Shown here: positions 27,527-43,221 of the stretch, one piece after another
Numbering within the stretch: the stretch's first letter is position 1
Layout of the letters: every line of letters begins with the position of its first letter
Assembly: GCA_951406725.2 (NCBI GenBank)
Contig: OX597818.1
Span: forward strand, 117,056,001-117,120,000
Length of the DNA stretch: 64,000 nucleotides
Source: Octopus vulgaris
Taxonomy: Eukaryota
Direction: 5' to 3'
The notes under the pieces: generated by a model
The model's input: the letters and a program-made list of their open reading frames with translations, nothing else
What the model was told of the DNA's origin: nothing
Database searches by the model: none
Made by a program: the position numbers and the translations under genes

Positions 27527-28249
27527 AATACATGCATACACGCAAAGCTGAAGATAATAAAGTTTTAATATTGGTTTGAAAGGGAACTTTTGGAAAGAAG
27601 ACGAAGGTTACACGTTCTTCGAGATGCACTGCTCTAAAATGAAGATTAAAAATAAACAAACTAATTTGAAAACAGAGGTAGCAGGTATTTTGCATTCCGT
27701 AATATTATTGGTAACTAAAGAGTGGACCTGGCCAAGGAGAAAAATGCATCGTTCGACACCTATTAACATGTTTCAGTCTTTTAGAGTCTCAAGTTAATAC
27801 TTAATCTATCCAATATATTTCGACATGTTTTCGAACCTACACTGTAAAATTCTATCAATAATTGCTAAAGGATAATTATGGTACGTTGCCAGTGTTGCCA
27901 TTCGGCCATGTTGCTATATGTCATTTACAGTTTCCAATTAACTGGTTCGTTGTATTTTGATATCTTGCACCATGAATTATTCACACTCGTTTATCAGACG
28001 TTGTGGATAGAAAATGAATAATTGTATTTTGAGTAAAGTAAAAAAAAAATGTAAAATTGGTTTAGACGTCTGTGTTAAAATATAACACACCTAGAAAGAA
28101 ACAAGCGAAAAATATTCCATCCCATTTAGAATTGAATTCTATAAACCGAGAATATGTAGGGATGTTTGTTTCGGCGCTGGTAAATTAATAATACAAGAAA
28201 TATATCTATATTTTATTATGCTTAGAAGTAATTCATATAACAATATGGA

Positions 28250-28360
28250 CCGAGGTTACCGTGGTCTTTTTCGTAGGCTTTTCTTCCCAAGGATAAACCT
28301 TATCTGCTTCCCCCTTTACACCGTACATCATGACACTGTGATACACGATCCCTATTGTGA
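28250..28360 (+). mobile_element. Fragment of a related Tx1 3' UTR
   Basis: GAGGTTACCGTGGTCTTTTTCGTAGGCTTTTCTTCCCAAGG...GATCCCTATTG matches 27100-27227. Confidence 0.65.
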
Positions 28361-29409
28361 TTAAGGTCGAAAATTAGGAAGGTGCTTTGTAAATGTTGCA
28401 AATAAGTGCGTAAATAAATAAAATTTAATATATTGCTATCTTTTAATATTATGTGACTGAAATATTTGTCACGGAGTTATTTTGCTAGTGTCTTTGTTTT
28501 GGAAATAAAAATATCATATTTGATTTGGTTCTTCCTCGGCATTTCCTAATTAAAATTACGGGAAGAGTTTTTAAACACTTCACTAAAGTATACTACATTA
28601 TGCAGTAAAATTGTTATACTTATGTTTGGTTTACTTCTGAAGTGTCTGTGTGATTTTTCAGAGGCAAAACGAAACAAGACAACAAAGATAGTGTTTTTGT
28701 TTACGGCATATAACATCAATCAGAATATAAATATTTCACACCTGATGGGTGGAGTATAGAATATCCAAACGATTTACTTCCTTTTGTCAGCGCATGTGGT
28801 TCATTGAATTCAGAACTTTCTCAGTATTTTGCTTTTTATTTTCGAGGGGAACATGTGAGATCTCTGTTGATACGCGTCAATATTTAGCATGAAATAACAC
28901 ACGTCTTCATTCATAATCTGACCACTCTCTTAAAAGAATGCATTTCAACTCAAACATTGTGTCAATCTTTAATAAAATTCTTATTACCCGCTTTTATCTA
29001 AATCTCTTTTAATAAAAGTAATTTATTGAATTTCCTCGAGTTTCAAAATTGCTAAATACCTCCAATATAACATTCAAAATAATACATCTTGATGCTACTT
29101 GTGTCCAACATTATTTGATAAAAAGCTTTCATCTTCTTTCCTGTCTCATCTTAAAGTATGAAGAGTCATAAAATAATATAAACAAACACGTTTGAATTAT
29201 TATGAGTCGATTTTACATGTTATAATAACATGCATGTTATTCGTGCATGTAGGCTAATATGAGAAAGATGGGTTCTTTCCTTTTATTTCTCCAGAACTGA
29301 ATGTCTTTAGTAGGGCATGATGTATCCAGAAAGAACAATACCCCTAGATATGGAAAATATTCGCAGACAGGCTTTTGACAAATTTACAAAACATTTTTTC
29401 TCCTGTTTC

Positions 29410-29634
29410 CTTTACTCCTTTACATGTTTACAAGTTTCTGTCATTTGAATGTGACCATGCTAGAGCACTGAATATAGTCGAACAAATCGATCCCAGATCT
29501 TATTCTTTGTAAACCTAATAATTATTCTATCAGTGACTTTTGCCGAATCGCTAAGTTACGGGGATGAAAATGCACCAACATCGGTTATCAAGCGATGGTG
29601 GAGAGCAAGCACAGGCACACAAACACACACGCAT

Positions 29635-29697
<63 letters not shown>

Positions 29698-29866
29698 TAT
29701 ATACGATCTGCTTCTTTCAGTTTCCGTCTACCAAATCCACTCACAAGGCTTTGGTCTGCTCGGGGTTATTATAGAAAACCCTTGTCCAGTGTTACCATGC
29801 AGTGGGACTGAACCAGGAACCATGTAGTTGGGAAGTAAGCTTCTTATCACACAGCCACGCCTGCGC
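29410..29866 (-). mobile_element. SINE family A
   Basis: Reverse-complement homology to family A. Confidence 0.88.
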
Positions 29867-30566
29867 TTGCGCCTACGCATAAACTATGTGATATTATAAT
29901 CAACTGCAGGCCTATAATACTGAAAGAGGTTTCTTTTATATTCAGATACAACATAATTTCTATGTCGATTTTGAAATTGTAACTTAGTGATTTCCGAAAA
30001 TAAATACTTCACCATATGATTTTCCACAATTACAAACCATGTCACTGAAAAACATCACCAACGTAGTAGAGGATATTCACCTAGCAGGATTCCAGCCTAC
30101 CTGGTGACATATAAAACTCTTCAATTAAATGAGGATGTTGTATTCATATTAAACCTAAGTGAATGGAAAGAGAATGTCCGTATGAAACAGGAAAATAACA
30201 TGAAAATTAATGAAATTATTTTAAACCATTTTATTCATGCTGCTATGAGAATTTATCTCCTGCCATAAAATTAGACCTTAATGTATTCACAGAATGACAC
30301 AACATAAAAGATATGTATTTCTCTATAATAATCTCGTTTTAGATAGTTTTGGAACGAAAATGTTCGTGGCGTAGCAGAGTTCAAAGGGATGTTTATTGAA
30401 TCTAGCATAAGGAACTCCGTATTCAAATGCCCATATTGGTATCCTATGTTCTTTATTCATTTCCTACATACATAATATACATATGCACACACATAGATAG
30501 ATACATGCATACATATATACATACATACATACAAACATACATAGTGCAAACATACATACAGGTATG

Positions 30567-30602
<36 letters not shown>

Positions 30603-30697
30603 AAAAGCAAAAATACGAATGTATGTATGCAACCTTATACGTATATATGTGTATATACTTAAATATATAAGCATATAGCTTCTATATCTATCTCTCA

Positions 30698-30798
<101 letters not shown>

Positions 30799-33367
30799 GC
30801 TAGCTAGCTAGCTAGCTAGCTATCTCTTTACATAGATGCACACAAATATACTATGCTTGATCTGTGTTGAACCAAAACTGTTCAAAAACGCTTTATCTTG
30901 GAGGTGTTATTAAACACAGACAGTTTTGTTTCCCTAAACTTATGTTCTTGTAGGCTTATAGTCTCGTTAACAACATTTAGGTATTGCGGACACTAGAAAT
31001 ATTTTTTACCACTAATTACAATAAATCAAATATGTCCGCTAAGAGAAAATTGAACATGAGGAAAACAATAACGAGAGCAAAAGAATGATATCAGAGGGGT
31101 TATATTGAGCTTGGTATTCACGAATAATTTTGTTTCCAGAAGTGAAATTTGTTATCATTGTCATTATATAGACACATATCACGTCGTATATATACATGTA
31201 TGTCTATGTGTATGTGTATGTGTGTGTGCTTGCATGTGTGGGTGCTTTTGTGTAACACTAATAGTTGGTAAAGTGAGAGAAGCAGAGTGAGCGTGATGTG
31301 TGCAAGGTATGATACATGAACAGAGATTGAATAAATATTTATGGAAATAGGGCAGAAAACGAGGCAAATATATGAAGAATATATTAGAGAGCGGATGGTC
31401 ATTGTATATACGTAATAATTCTTTTATTGTTGGCACAAGGCCTGAAATGTTGTGGGAGGGCACTATTTGATTACATCGATCCCCAATGCTTGATTGGTAC
31501 CCATTTCATCGACCCCGAAAGGATGAAAGGTAAATCAATTCCGGCGGAATTTGAACTCAGGATGTAAAACCGGGATAATCCTACTAAGCACTTTTCTGTC
31601 GCGGTAACGATTGTGTTCGCTCGCCACGACACGATTATCTGATTAATGATTATTTTATTCCTGGCTGTACCAAAGAAATTATCGAGCAGACAATTCTATG
31701 TTTTGCTGTATTGGACTATGTTAATTCTCATATTGAATTTACATCTCACCGGAAGTAAATTGCTTTTCATCAATCCTCATGAATTTTTGTCGAATCTTTC
31801 TAAAGTTGTAAATCTCTCTATATAATCAATAGACTTCTTTATTTTCATTCGTTTATACTACCAATGTGCTTTATATACCAACATTGAATAATGAAATTAT
31901 GTTTTGTATGGAACTACGGTTATTGTGTAAGGTAGATAATACGCTTAATAATTAACAAAGAAAACTTTTTAAAGGAAATATAATAATAACATATTTTATG
32001 CATTGGAAATATTGAATTTCATTGTTACTCTATGACAATAGTAAGGGTTCTGTATTAACATGTCGGTATCATATTTGAAATAGTCCCATTAAAGGATAAA
32101 TGAGAATTCAAAATCGTGTGAGTTTTAAACAAATACAAATTCAAATAATATGTGAAAAATTATTTTTGAAAGCACTAATGAAACATGAAGCTTATATTTA
32201 AGTGGAATGGGTTATATTATAAAATGTAAATTGAACATGCCTCCGTTGAAAAATATCGATGGAAATTAAAATACATGTGGCGTTGAGAAATATATTTCGA
32301 ATCATTCTGTTATTGTAACATATTTTAGGTAGTATTTTCCCTGGAAAACATATCATTTAGAAATATTAAGTAATTAATAATATCAATGTCCTTTAAAAAA
32401 TCTTTTCGGATGTATCAGATTTATATATACGCAGATGGGTTTTTTTCCCGTTTTTTCTGTTTTTAATGAACAACTGACGAATTCAATGCAACGGATAATT
32501 TATACACAATCAATGGTAAATATTTAACTGTGCTGTAGTCTGGTCTTCTGCTTTTAAACATTTCAGAAAACAAGTTATTGAATTATAAGAGTGCACTGTG
32601 AATCATATATGTGTGTAAGGTATTAAATAAGTTTTCAGTACGAGTTTGTGTATGCGTTCTCATAAGTTTATATATTCGCCGTTATTCCGTCATTCTAATC
32701 AGAATATTATATGACAAGTTAGTTAAAAAATGTTGTTATCATGAGACTTGCTGAAATACAACTGTCAGTTTCAATTCAAACTTTCTAATTCTATGGAGAC
32801 AATAATAATATTGATATCTCTCTTGACTATCGCAATAACCACGTGTCAACATTAATATTAATGGTAATATGTAGGAATAAATTTTAATACTGATGATAAT
32901 TTCTGACTTTGAGACACAAGACCATAATTTTGAGGATAGAACGTAGTGGTTCAATTGTGGATAACAAAGTGGATAAGAAATGATGCTGGTTGTTTCCTGA
33001 TTCACTGACCGCAGAAAGATCAAATTACGATTGGATGGATTGTGATTTGAACATTGAACGTAAAATAATAGTACTAATTGTCATATTGTGCTGTAGGCTT
33101 CGTTCATCTTTCTATGTTAGGTTTAAAAATATACAATTATAAATGGAAATGTGCATGTATCCATTCTTCATAAGTCACAGCATCAAAGAGAAGACGAAGG
33201 ATCACAACCAAAACCTAGTATCCTCCTGCCCACGTCCTCCAGGAGCATACACAGAATAGGTTAATGACATACTACTCTCATTTACCTGTCAATAAATGTA
33301 CTCCTGGAGCAATACATCTAAATCTAACATCACCAACTGAAACATCAAAATGTCGATGAAGAATGGT

Positions 33368-33570
33368 CAGGTAATTTGTGCATGCTAGAAAAAGCAGCCA
33401 AAACGGCCGAAACCACAATTAATAGCAATTCTCGAAGGTAAGAGTTTTTATTTCTCATTCCCTTCAAAATTTGCTATTAAATGTGGTTTTGGTAGTTTCG
33501 GCTGCTTCTTCTAGCGTGTACAAATTACCTGTTAAAAGGTAGTTTTCTCTTGTGTTTAAATGTACACCAT
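33368..33570. mobile_element. Partial palindromic MITE (same family as 36090-36500)
   Basis: GCTAGAAAAAGCAGCCAAAAC pairs with GTTTCGGCTGCTTCTTCTAGC; the element ends TTGTGTTTAAATGTACAC. Confidence 0.75.
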
Positions 33571-33624
33571 TTTATTTTAAGAATATGTTGTCTATTGACT
33601 AATTATACATACTAAGCCACTGGA

Positions 33625-33677
<53 letters not shown>

Positions 33678-35151
33678 TCTGTTTTTTTTAGTTTCGTCCG
33701 TTACAACTTCTTTCATGATAGCCAGCATGTAAAGAGAGATTGTCCCTGTAGTTTTCGGCAAAAGGAAGAAAGTCAGCAGCCTGCACTTCATGGTAGATTT
33801 AACTGATAGATGGATCCGTCCTCCCCGCAATAATACGTATTCATAAACCCGAGAAGTCAGAAATGCTCGGATACCAAAACAATGCATGCAAAACGTCCGT
33901 CGCTCTGCCGTGTGTAGAACTGCTTCGGCTGATGGCATTCATGACTATAAGTATGTTACCTAACTGGTAATGTCCCATTACTGGTGGCAATGCTTCAATA
34001 TTCCCAGCAATTTCTCGAAATTATCCATAGTTCCTGAGCCAAATGCTCTAAAGCAGACCACCCAGTATATTTTCATCGTTAAATTTTTCCCAACAACTTC
34101 ATCACAAATCTATTCCGCTAACTTCAAGGATAACGTCCACGATGAAGTTCTACCTCACCGACTGTATTGCCCGACGACTGGGCATTGTCTTTCTTCATCA
34201 CCTCCTCTGGATTGATGACGAGCGCACTCTATAATATATTTTCCTCTAACATTCTCTCTTTTTAAAAAGCTATTAATTCTGATCTGATTATCGTCTTTAA
34301 CACATCTCACCAATATAATCTCCGTCAACTATCATTCATAATAATTCATTCACATGACCTTTGTTACATGTCTGCGCCTACGATGACTCGTTCAAATTAA
34401 AGTAACTGTCATGCCGATTGCATCTCTTTAAGACTAAGCTATTAACAGTTTTGTAATCTTGAACTCTGTATATGTTCTACCATCGCTATCCGCTGGTTGG
34501 AAAAGCACTCTCTCTTAATACGATCTGAGCGTCCATCTTTATTTAATCCATGTACATATGCCTATCATCAACATTAATAACAACAATAATAGTAATAACA
34601 ACAAATACCAAGAGCCTCGACAACAACTACAAAAACAATATCAATATGAACAACAACAGCAGCAGCAGCACAGCAACAACAACAACAATAACAGCAACAA
34701 CAACAACTGCAATGATCATAACTTAACGCACATCACATAATGAAAGTAAATTTAAAAGATAGGAAAATGGAAGGCTTCTAAATTGAAACAAATGCACATG
34801 TTCAGGAAAAGTGTTGTATTAAATGAAATCCTGTTGTATAATGGCTTTTGAATATTTAATAGAATACAATTAATGGTTATTGTAAATCAATCCGTGTTTA
34901 AATTCTTAATATAATGAATTATACTTAAATTTAACCTGTAATTCAAGTATTGCTGTCATATTTACATGTAACGATAAACAAATAAACAATTCATTATTCT
35001 AAATGATGTGAAAAATAATAGCAACTGTACATACACGTCAAGCATGTAATGGATGAAAATGCTATAAATATATATAACAATATAAGCATACGCGCGCGCG
35101 TTTGTATGTATGTATGAATGTATGTATGTATGTCTGTATGTGTATATATAT

Positions 35152-35724
35152 ATTATCAGAAAATTGATAAAACTGTTGATCAACAAACAAATTATACCAC
35201 ATCGGTTGATTATTTTTTAATACAAAACATATCATAACATTTCTTACGGCCGTTTCCGCTTCCAATGTTAGTCGGTGCTTCCGAAAGAAATTCCAAATAT
35301 AATATTCGTCATCTTCAAAGCACATTCGAACTAGTATATGGAGCTTCATCAGAGTGAATACAAATGCGTAAGACAAAATGAACGAAGGGAAGAGGATAGA
35401 ACAGAGTCACGAGAAGAGGCAAGGAGCCGTAACACATTAAAATCATACCAACTTGGAGCATCGAGCTTGAAATCGATAGGTAAAAGAGTCTTCCCTTTAT
35501 TTTATTTTACGCATTTGTATTCACACTGATGAAGCTCCATCTACTAGATCGAATGTGCTATGAAGATGATGAATATTATTTTCAGAATTTCTTTCGTAAG
35601 CACCGACAAACATTGGAAGCGGAAACGGCTGTAAGAAATGTTATGTCATGTTTTTTATTAAAAATTAATCAACGGTTGTGTTTTAATTTTTTTGTTGATA
35701 AAAAGTTTTCTCTATTTTCTGATT
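35152..35724. mobile_element. Inverted pair of ~220-bp arms, each carrying a hammerhead-like motif with a long stem-II insert
   Basis: Arms 35152-35375 and 35505-35724. The motif CTGATGAA-GCTCC-(~75 nt)-GGAAGCG-GAAAC-GGCC/GGCT-GTA-AG lies at 35242-35356(-) and 35522-35637(+). Confidence 0.75.
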
Positions 35725-35902
35725 ATTTAAATTTGATTCCTGATAAACTTTTGCTTACCCTGTTGTTAGACGTACCCTATGAGCATAGAGTGCCTGCATA
35801 CCAATGCCCAGAGACAACACAGGTAAACGATAGCGAGAGTAAATACAGATACTATTATCCCTTAGACGGTTACTACAAAAGCTAACTCTGCTTAAACTAT
35901 AT

Positions 35903-35969
<67 letters not shown>

Positions 35970-36089
35970 CGTGTGTGTGTGTATACGTAAAATATATAGG
36001 GTAGCTAATATTTTTAGAAATTTCACTGCTAGTGGCCTAGCATGTATAAAAAGTCAATAGACAACATATTCTCAATATAAAATTATAAA

Positions 36090-36500
36090 ATAGTGTACAT
36101 TTAAACACAAGAGAAACTACCTTTTAACAGGTAATTTTACACGCTAGAAGAAGCAGTCAAAACGACCAAAACCACAATTTAAGAGCAATTTTCGAAGGGA
36201 ATGAAATATAAAAGCTTTTACCTTGTTATATATATTTTCTTACGTTTATTTCTCTCTAAGTTATACGTTTATGTTATGGCGCGGTTACGGATGAGAATTC
36301 GCCTAGCAAATTCCTTTATTTGCTAAAACACTTTGAAACCTAGGTACAACCGTTAAAAACAATAACAAGGCGAAACTTTTTATTTTTTATTCCCTTCGAA
36401 AATTGCTCTTAAATTGTGGTTTTCGTCGTTTGACTGCTTCTTCTAGCGTATAAAATTAACTGTCAAAGGCTAGTTTCTCTTGTGTTTAAATGAACACTAT
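36090..36500. mobile_element. MITE with ~140-bp TIRs
   Basis: ATAGTGTACATTTAAACACAAGAGAAACT ... AGTTTCTCTTGTGTTTAAATGAACACTAT; a further terminal fragment lies at ~39374. Confidence 0.85.
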
Positions 36501-36504
36501 CTTT

Positions 36505-36579
<75 letters not shown>

Positions 36580-36991
36580 GTATTTGCCAAAAGCTACTGA
36601 TGGTTTCAATTTTTAATAACTTCCTTAACTTTACAAATAAATGCAGGAAAGTTTGATACAATATAAAGGACGCAATGTAAATTATTATACACAAATCACA
36701 TTTTGCAACACCGCTACATCACATATGAAAAAGAGCATCGCTTAAAGGGCAACCATTTTCAGCTTCGCACACCTGTGCTCTTTCCAAGTCTTTGACCATA
36801 ACGTCATCAAGAGCTTCAGACCCCAATTCTCCATTTTGCACGCGTCGACGCGCACGGTTTTGTGGTAAGTGTATTGCCCACATGATCGCAAGATAACGTT
36901 TTCAACTTCACATGGTCCTGAGCAAAACACTTCATTTCACGTGACTTCAGCTCACGTAACACTCAAAAATGTGTATTCGTGGATGCATATA

Positions 36992-37058
<67 letters not shown>

Positions 37059-37155
37059 AATTCAAGTAAAACGATGAACAAACACAAAAAACTACAACAC
37101 CAGGGCGTGGTACATTTAAAGTATTAGTAGACGGTCAGGGAAGGAAAGAAAGGTG

Positions 37156-37190
37156 GTTTCACGTTTCGAGCAACGCTCTTCTTCGGAAAC
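37156..37190 (-). ncRNA. Degenerate minimal hammerhead motif
   Basis: Minus strand GTTT-CCGAAGAA-GAGC-GTT-GCTC-GAAAC-GTG-AAAC. U4C and H17=G suggest it is inactive. Confidence 0.55.
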
Positions 37191-37256
37191 AGGATTGGCC
37201 AATAGAAAAGGAAGACGAAGGAAACAAATCACCAACGATTCACAAGTGGCTACATG

Positions 37257-37304
<48 letters not shown>

Positions 37305-38164
37305 GTATGTATATAGGTAGGTATGTATATAGATTTCCTTCACTGACCCGGTTTAACCGGAAGGAGTTTTTAAAACAATTTTTTTTTATAGAAGACATTA
37401 CGATCAGGCGGTTCCTGTACACGAAAATGTAACAACAAACAGCAGAGCATACATAGGCTGACATGCCTTTAATGGACTGTAAAATTATTAGCCAGCGATT
37501 GAAGGTGTTGAATTGTAGGCGGCAAGGAATTGTATGGACATTTCCAAATGACTGGTGTTTACATTACAAATAGTAAATATGTAACGATTATTGGACTTCG
37601 TTCAATAATTTCTGCTTTTATTTCTAAGACAATTTATTACACCTACAAGTATACATACGAAGACGCGTGCATTCATACATAGATTCATGCGTATGTTGAT
37701 AGCTACATTCTAACGCTTAGAAATAAAGTCTGATCAATGAACGCCGTGGATACAAAAGCTTTACACTTGTTCAGGCTGAACAGACGATAAAACAATGGAA
37801 GTAATGTTATCAGATGAGATTATAGCTTTTATTTAGCTCCCAACTCCTACGCATGTATATATCAATTGAGTTGGATAAATAAAAATCCTGCACGTGTATG
37901 AATATATGTAATAATTCTACGTTTATGGCTAGTCGCGCATTTCACATACATACGTAGGTAAATAGATGAGGGTATACGTGGAAGTGGATAATGTATATAG
38001 AAGCATATACACAAACGCACACGTATACAGAAACTATACAAATGTAAATTGTATATATATAATACTATATATGCATATGAATACATATGTGTATAGATAT
38101 ATGTGTATGTATACATAAATATTTACTTAGATATATAAATAGAAGGAGAAACAGACGCCCGAGC

Positions 38165-38206
38165 AGACAGATAGATAGATAGGTAAATAGATAGATAAAT
38201 AGGTAA

Positions 38207-38305
<99 letters not shown>

Positions 38306-38324
38306 TATAGATAAATAGATAGGT

Positions 38325-38391
<67 letters not shown>

Positions 38392-38406
38392 TATAGATAG
38401 ATAGAT

Positions 38407-38455
<49 letters not shown>
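38165..38455. repeat. (GATA)n + (GA)n microsatellite
   Basis: Direct inspection. Confidence 0.95.
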
Positions 38456-39239
38456 TACAAACATATGCACATGCGTCAGACAAGGGAGAAAGGGAATAAA
38501 AGATAGAGATACAGTGTGGATTCTGGAACCGTGTAAAATTTGTAGCGATTCGCCAATGGCCTTTCATGTTAGAACGTAGCGATTTAATTCAATATCGCGC
38601 ATATATTAATATAGTTGAACATTTCGCTTTTATGAATGGATCAAAATAATAATTCAATCGTTTCAGTTGATATTGCAAATGGAGCAACAGTTTTAGGTAA
38701 TTATTTGAATAGGATGTAGTGAATGTTGAAAGAGCCTCTCTCCATTTACAAAACCAGACATCAAACGTGGACGGCGTATATGCGGTGACTAAAAGGCCAT
38801 AGTGTGATACGGATGGGTTCATGTTGAAATGGTTTTGACTTTTTTTTTTCTCATTAACAATGAAAGAGAAAACTGAAACTGAATGGAATAGTTTGATTAA
38901 TTAATATTGAATGTGATATGATGTGAACAAAGCAATATGGAAATAACTTGAATACATATTTACACGTCCCTTCGTTTACATGTATTTTAAAAATAAATCA
39001 GGAACGTGCACATGTCTATGCATATGTGTGTATGTTAATTTATTGAGCACCCAGGCTAAAATAGCACATTTTTAGAGATACGTATATAATGCGTGCGTTT
39101 CAATATATATATATATATATATATATTACAGTATAGGTACGTGAATATTACTGCATAAACCCTAATGTATACATACACACTCACACACATATATATATAT
39201 ATCTACATACAGGATATATACGCATATATGCTTCTGCGC

Positions 39240-39297
<58 letters not shown>

Positions 39298-39529
39298 TAT
39301 ATATAGTATATATATATATATATATTTGTTCACTCAGACTCACACACAACAAACACACACACATATATAAAATTAGTGTACATTTAAACACAAAAGAAGA
39401 TACCCTTAAATACTAGAACGAGCATACATTCATGCATACATACACATACGTGTGTATGTGTGTGTGTGTATGTGGGTTGGTGTGTTTTTGTGTAAAGGTA
39501 AGAAATTGCTTGTCGGAGTTTCACATTTC

Positions 39530-39655
39530 CGCTTGTTCGAAGAGTAAGGACGCAGCTGGTGCGTCGATAACCAGCTGCAGAAGATGTCTCCCTGGGGCAA
39601 AATAGTAGTAACATTCTTCCTAATCAGGACTGCCACTTTACGTTGGCAAATAATA
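39530..39655 (+). mobile_element. Third, diverged fragment of the 11.7-13.0 kb retrozyme-like family (hammerhead not retained)
   Basis: TAAGGACGCAG...CCAGCTGCAGAAGATGTCTCCCTGGGGCAAAA...CAGGACTGCCAC matches 12101-12192. Confidence 0.65.
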
Positions 39656-39675
39656 TAAAATTTACTCTCTCTGTC

Positions 39676-39770
<95 letters not shown>

Positions 39771-39774
<4 letters not shown>

Positions 39775-39998
39775 TCTTTATTGCCCACAAGGGGCTAAAC
39801 ATAGACGGGACAAACAAGGACAGACAAAGGGATTAAGTCGATTATATCGACCCTAGTGCGTAACTGCTACTTAATTGATCTACCCCGAAAGGATGAAAGG
39901 CAAAGTCGACCTCGGTGGAATTTGAACTGAGAACGTAACAGCAGACGAAATACCGCTAAGCATTTCGCCCGGCGTGCTAACATTTCTGCCAGCTTACC
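39771..39998 (-). mobile_element. SINE family B monomer
   Basis: Full body and head on the minus strand. Confidence 0.9.
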
Positions 39999-40011
39999 TT
40001 ATATCACTTTC

Positions 40012-40445
40012 ACTCTTTTACTTGTTTCAGTCATTTGACTGCGGCCATGCTGGAACACCGCCTTTAGTTGAGCAACTCGAACCCGGGACTTATTCTTTTG
40101 TAAGACCAGTACTTATTCTATCGGTCTCTTTTGCCGAACCGTTAAGTAACGGGGACATAAACACACCAGTTTCGGTTGTCAAGTAATGCTAGGGGGACAA
40201 ACACAGACACACAAACACACACACACACGCATATATATATACATATATACGACGGGCTTCTTTCAGTTTCCGTCTACCAAATCCACTCACAAGGCTTTGG
40301 TCGGCCCGAGGCTATAGTAGAAGACACTTGTCCAAGGTATCACGCAGTGGGACTGAACTCGGAACCATATGGTTGGTGTCACGCAGTGGGACTGAACTCG
40401 GAACCATGTGGTTGGTAAACAAGCGACTTACCACACAGCCACTCA
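40012..40445 (-). mobile_element. SINE family A with a ~39-bp internal tandem duplication
   Basis: CACGCAGTGGGACTGAACTCGGAACCATRTGGTTGG occurs twice at ~40341-40415. Confidence 0.9.
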
Positions 40446-40563
40446 TGTATATATATATATATATATAAGGCAACTTGGCAGAAATGTTAGCACGCCGGGC
40501 GAAATGCTTAGCGGTATTTCGCCTACCGTTACGTTCTCAGTTCAAATTCCACCGAGGTCGATT

Positions 40564-40596
<33 letters not shown>

Positions 40597-40599
40597 GTA

Positions 40600-41092
<493 letters not shown>

Positions 41093-41129
41093 ATTTATAT
41101 ATATATATGTGTGTGTGTGAGTGTACATA

Positions 41130-41310
41130 TAGGGAAAATTCACGAAAATAACAAAAGACGAAGACAGACGGTGTAGAAAACAAGCAGATGTATTAGTATA
41201 ACGCTCAGGAATTGAAAAAGTCTTTTACTTTTCGAGCCTACGCTCTTCCACAGAAAAGAACACAGAAAGAAACAAGGAGAGAAAAAAAAAGGAGAGAAAA
41301 AATGGCGACT
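41130..41310 (-). mobile_element. Second copy of the CTGTGGAA hammerhead-like repeat
   Basis: Reverse complement of 10965-11125. Confidence 0.7.
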
Positions 41311-41559
41311 GTCTGTATATATATATATATATAGATAGATAGATACACGCCAGTAGTTGATAATTTACGATACCATATTTTATATTGAGACATGAGTATT
41401 TTCATACCGACCTGGAATATGTTACTGGTTAATATATATAACTAGTGAGAACGTCACCCTCATTTTTCCGCCGATGTTACCACTCGACAACGCTGAAATC
41501 TCTTCAGAAATGCGGTCCGGAATTGCATACACACGTTGGGGACGAAGGTACACAGCATT

Positions 41560-41866
41560 TACGCTTAAGGTAATCGGCTCTCGATCGTAAGGGAGTTAGT
41601 TTGATCCCGGTGGTGCGTTTTGTCCATGAGCAACATACGTTATTTCACGTTGCTCCAGTCCACAAAACTGGCAAAAATGAGTTGTACCTGTAATACAAAG
41701 GGCCAGTCCTGTCACATTCTGTATCACGCTAAATCTGCATGAGAAATCCCTTAAGGGTACGAGTGTGTCTGGAGTTCTCAATCACATGCACGTTTATTTT
41801 AGGAGGAAGCTGTTTCGCTGATCGGACCAAGTAGAATCCTTGACATCGTTATCGTCCGAGAACCAG
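41560..41866 (+). mobile_element. SINE family C, CORE-like variant. Similar copies at 43615-43905(+), 57293-57478(-), 63613-63917(+)
   Basis: Consensus TGTCCTTGAGCAAGACACTTTATTTCACGTTGCTCCAGTCCAC resembles the CORE-SINE domain; the 3' part is shared with family C. Confidence 0.75.
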
Positions 41867-42422
41867 TATATGTTTGTATGTTGGTATGAATGTATGTATA
41901 CAATTTACTTGTGATAAAAAAAATTCGCTGATAAAAATTTGTGAATGATACTCAATCGATGATATGTCTTCTCCGAATTTAATCAAAAATGGAGACAGGA
42001 AGAAATCCCTCACCTTTCATGAACAAGCGAAATTTATGAAATTTTAATTTATAGATTGAACTAAAGTGATTTCATTTCAAAATGACGAAATAAAAACTGT
42101 GGCTATCCTTATCCTAAAAGCGCTACAGCGTATAACTGTAATCAAAGGAGGAAATGTTAGAGAACAGCCGAAATTATTTAATGAGAACTGAGGGTTTTCT
42201 TAAAGAATATTCTACGGTACACAGCTGGAAAATAAGTACAAAGAATCAAAGATTAGTTGGAAACGGAAAATAGATTTCAAAGGAATAAAAAGTTTCTGGC
42301 GAAAAATCGTTCCAGAGGAAGAAATGGGCTTCTATATTTTCCCTTCCATACAAAAAGAATTTTAATTACACGCTATGTGAAATGCAGCTCCTTATCCACT
42401 TCCACTTCCGAGGTATGTTACA

Positions 42423-42458
<36 letters not shown>

Positions 42459-43221
42459 GGCAGCAGCAGCAGCGCCGCCATTACATCCGCCACCACCACC
42501 AGCACCATCACTACTACTACTAGTAGTAGAAGCGGAATGACGCCTCTAACTCATGAATTTTGGACTTTAGTGTAGAATTTGAACACACAATGTAACCATT
42601 ATTAGTAAAATGATGCCATCCGGTTTTCTATGCGCTACTAATACGTTTAGTTATTCCTCTTTTAATTAAGGGAATGTAATACTAACGAAAACAGTAACAA
42701 CATTACCGTAAAATTAAACGCAAAAAGGTGTTCGTGAAAGAAAGATAACGGCCATAGAAACGTAACTGACAAACTGAATACAGTTAAGAAAATGATAATA
42801 GTAATAATTTCCGATAAAGGCAGAAAGCCACAAACTTGGGAGAGGAGGTTATTGGCTAAAAAAGAAAAAAAAAACAAGAAAAAGAACACTCCATTACTCT
42901 AATTATCACTTTATTTTATATACTAGATAAAGAAATGGCAGGCGTTGAAATTGGCCGGAGTTCAATTCAAACGTAAACAACCGGAACGATAATCACAAAT
43001 TATCTTGTCCAAAGCTCCGAATATTCTTCCAGAAACAACGGCTTTAGCTGTCGGAAATATCATTAGTTACACAATTTTTAATATTGGCACAAATCTAGAA
43101 ATAGTGTGTTAAGCCGGTGGAACCTTATTTTCTCGGTGCAGAATAAAGAAAAGAGGAATCTGATAATACTGGGATTTGAACTCCGAACTTCAAGTCTGGA
43201 ACAAATAACGTGATGCAAGTT

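Noticed and set aside
33680-34550. Higher-complexity segment, possible exon or transposase
   Set aside because: No recognisable motif or sustained ORF; it needs BLASTX.
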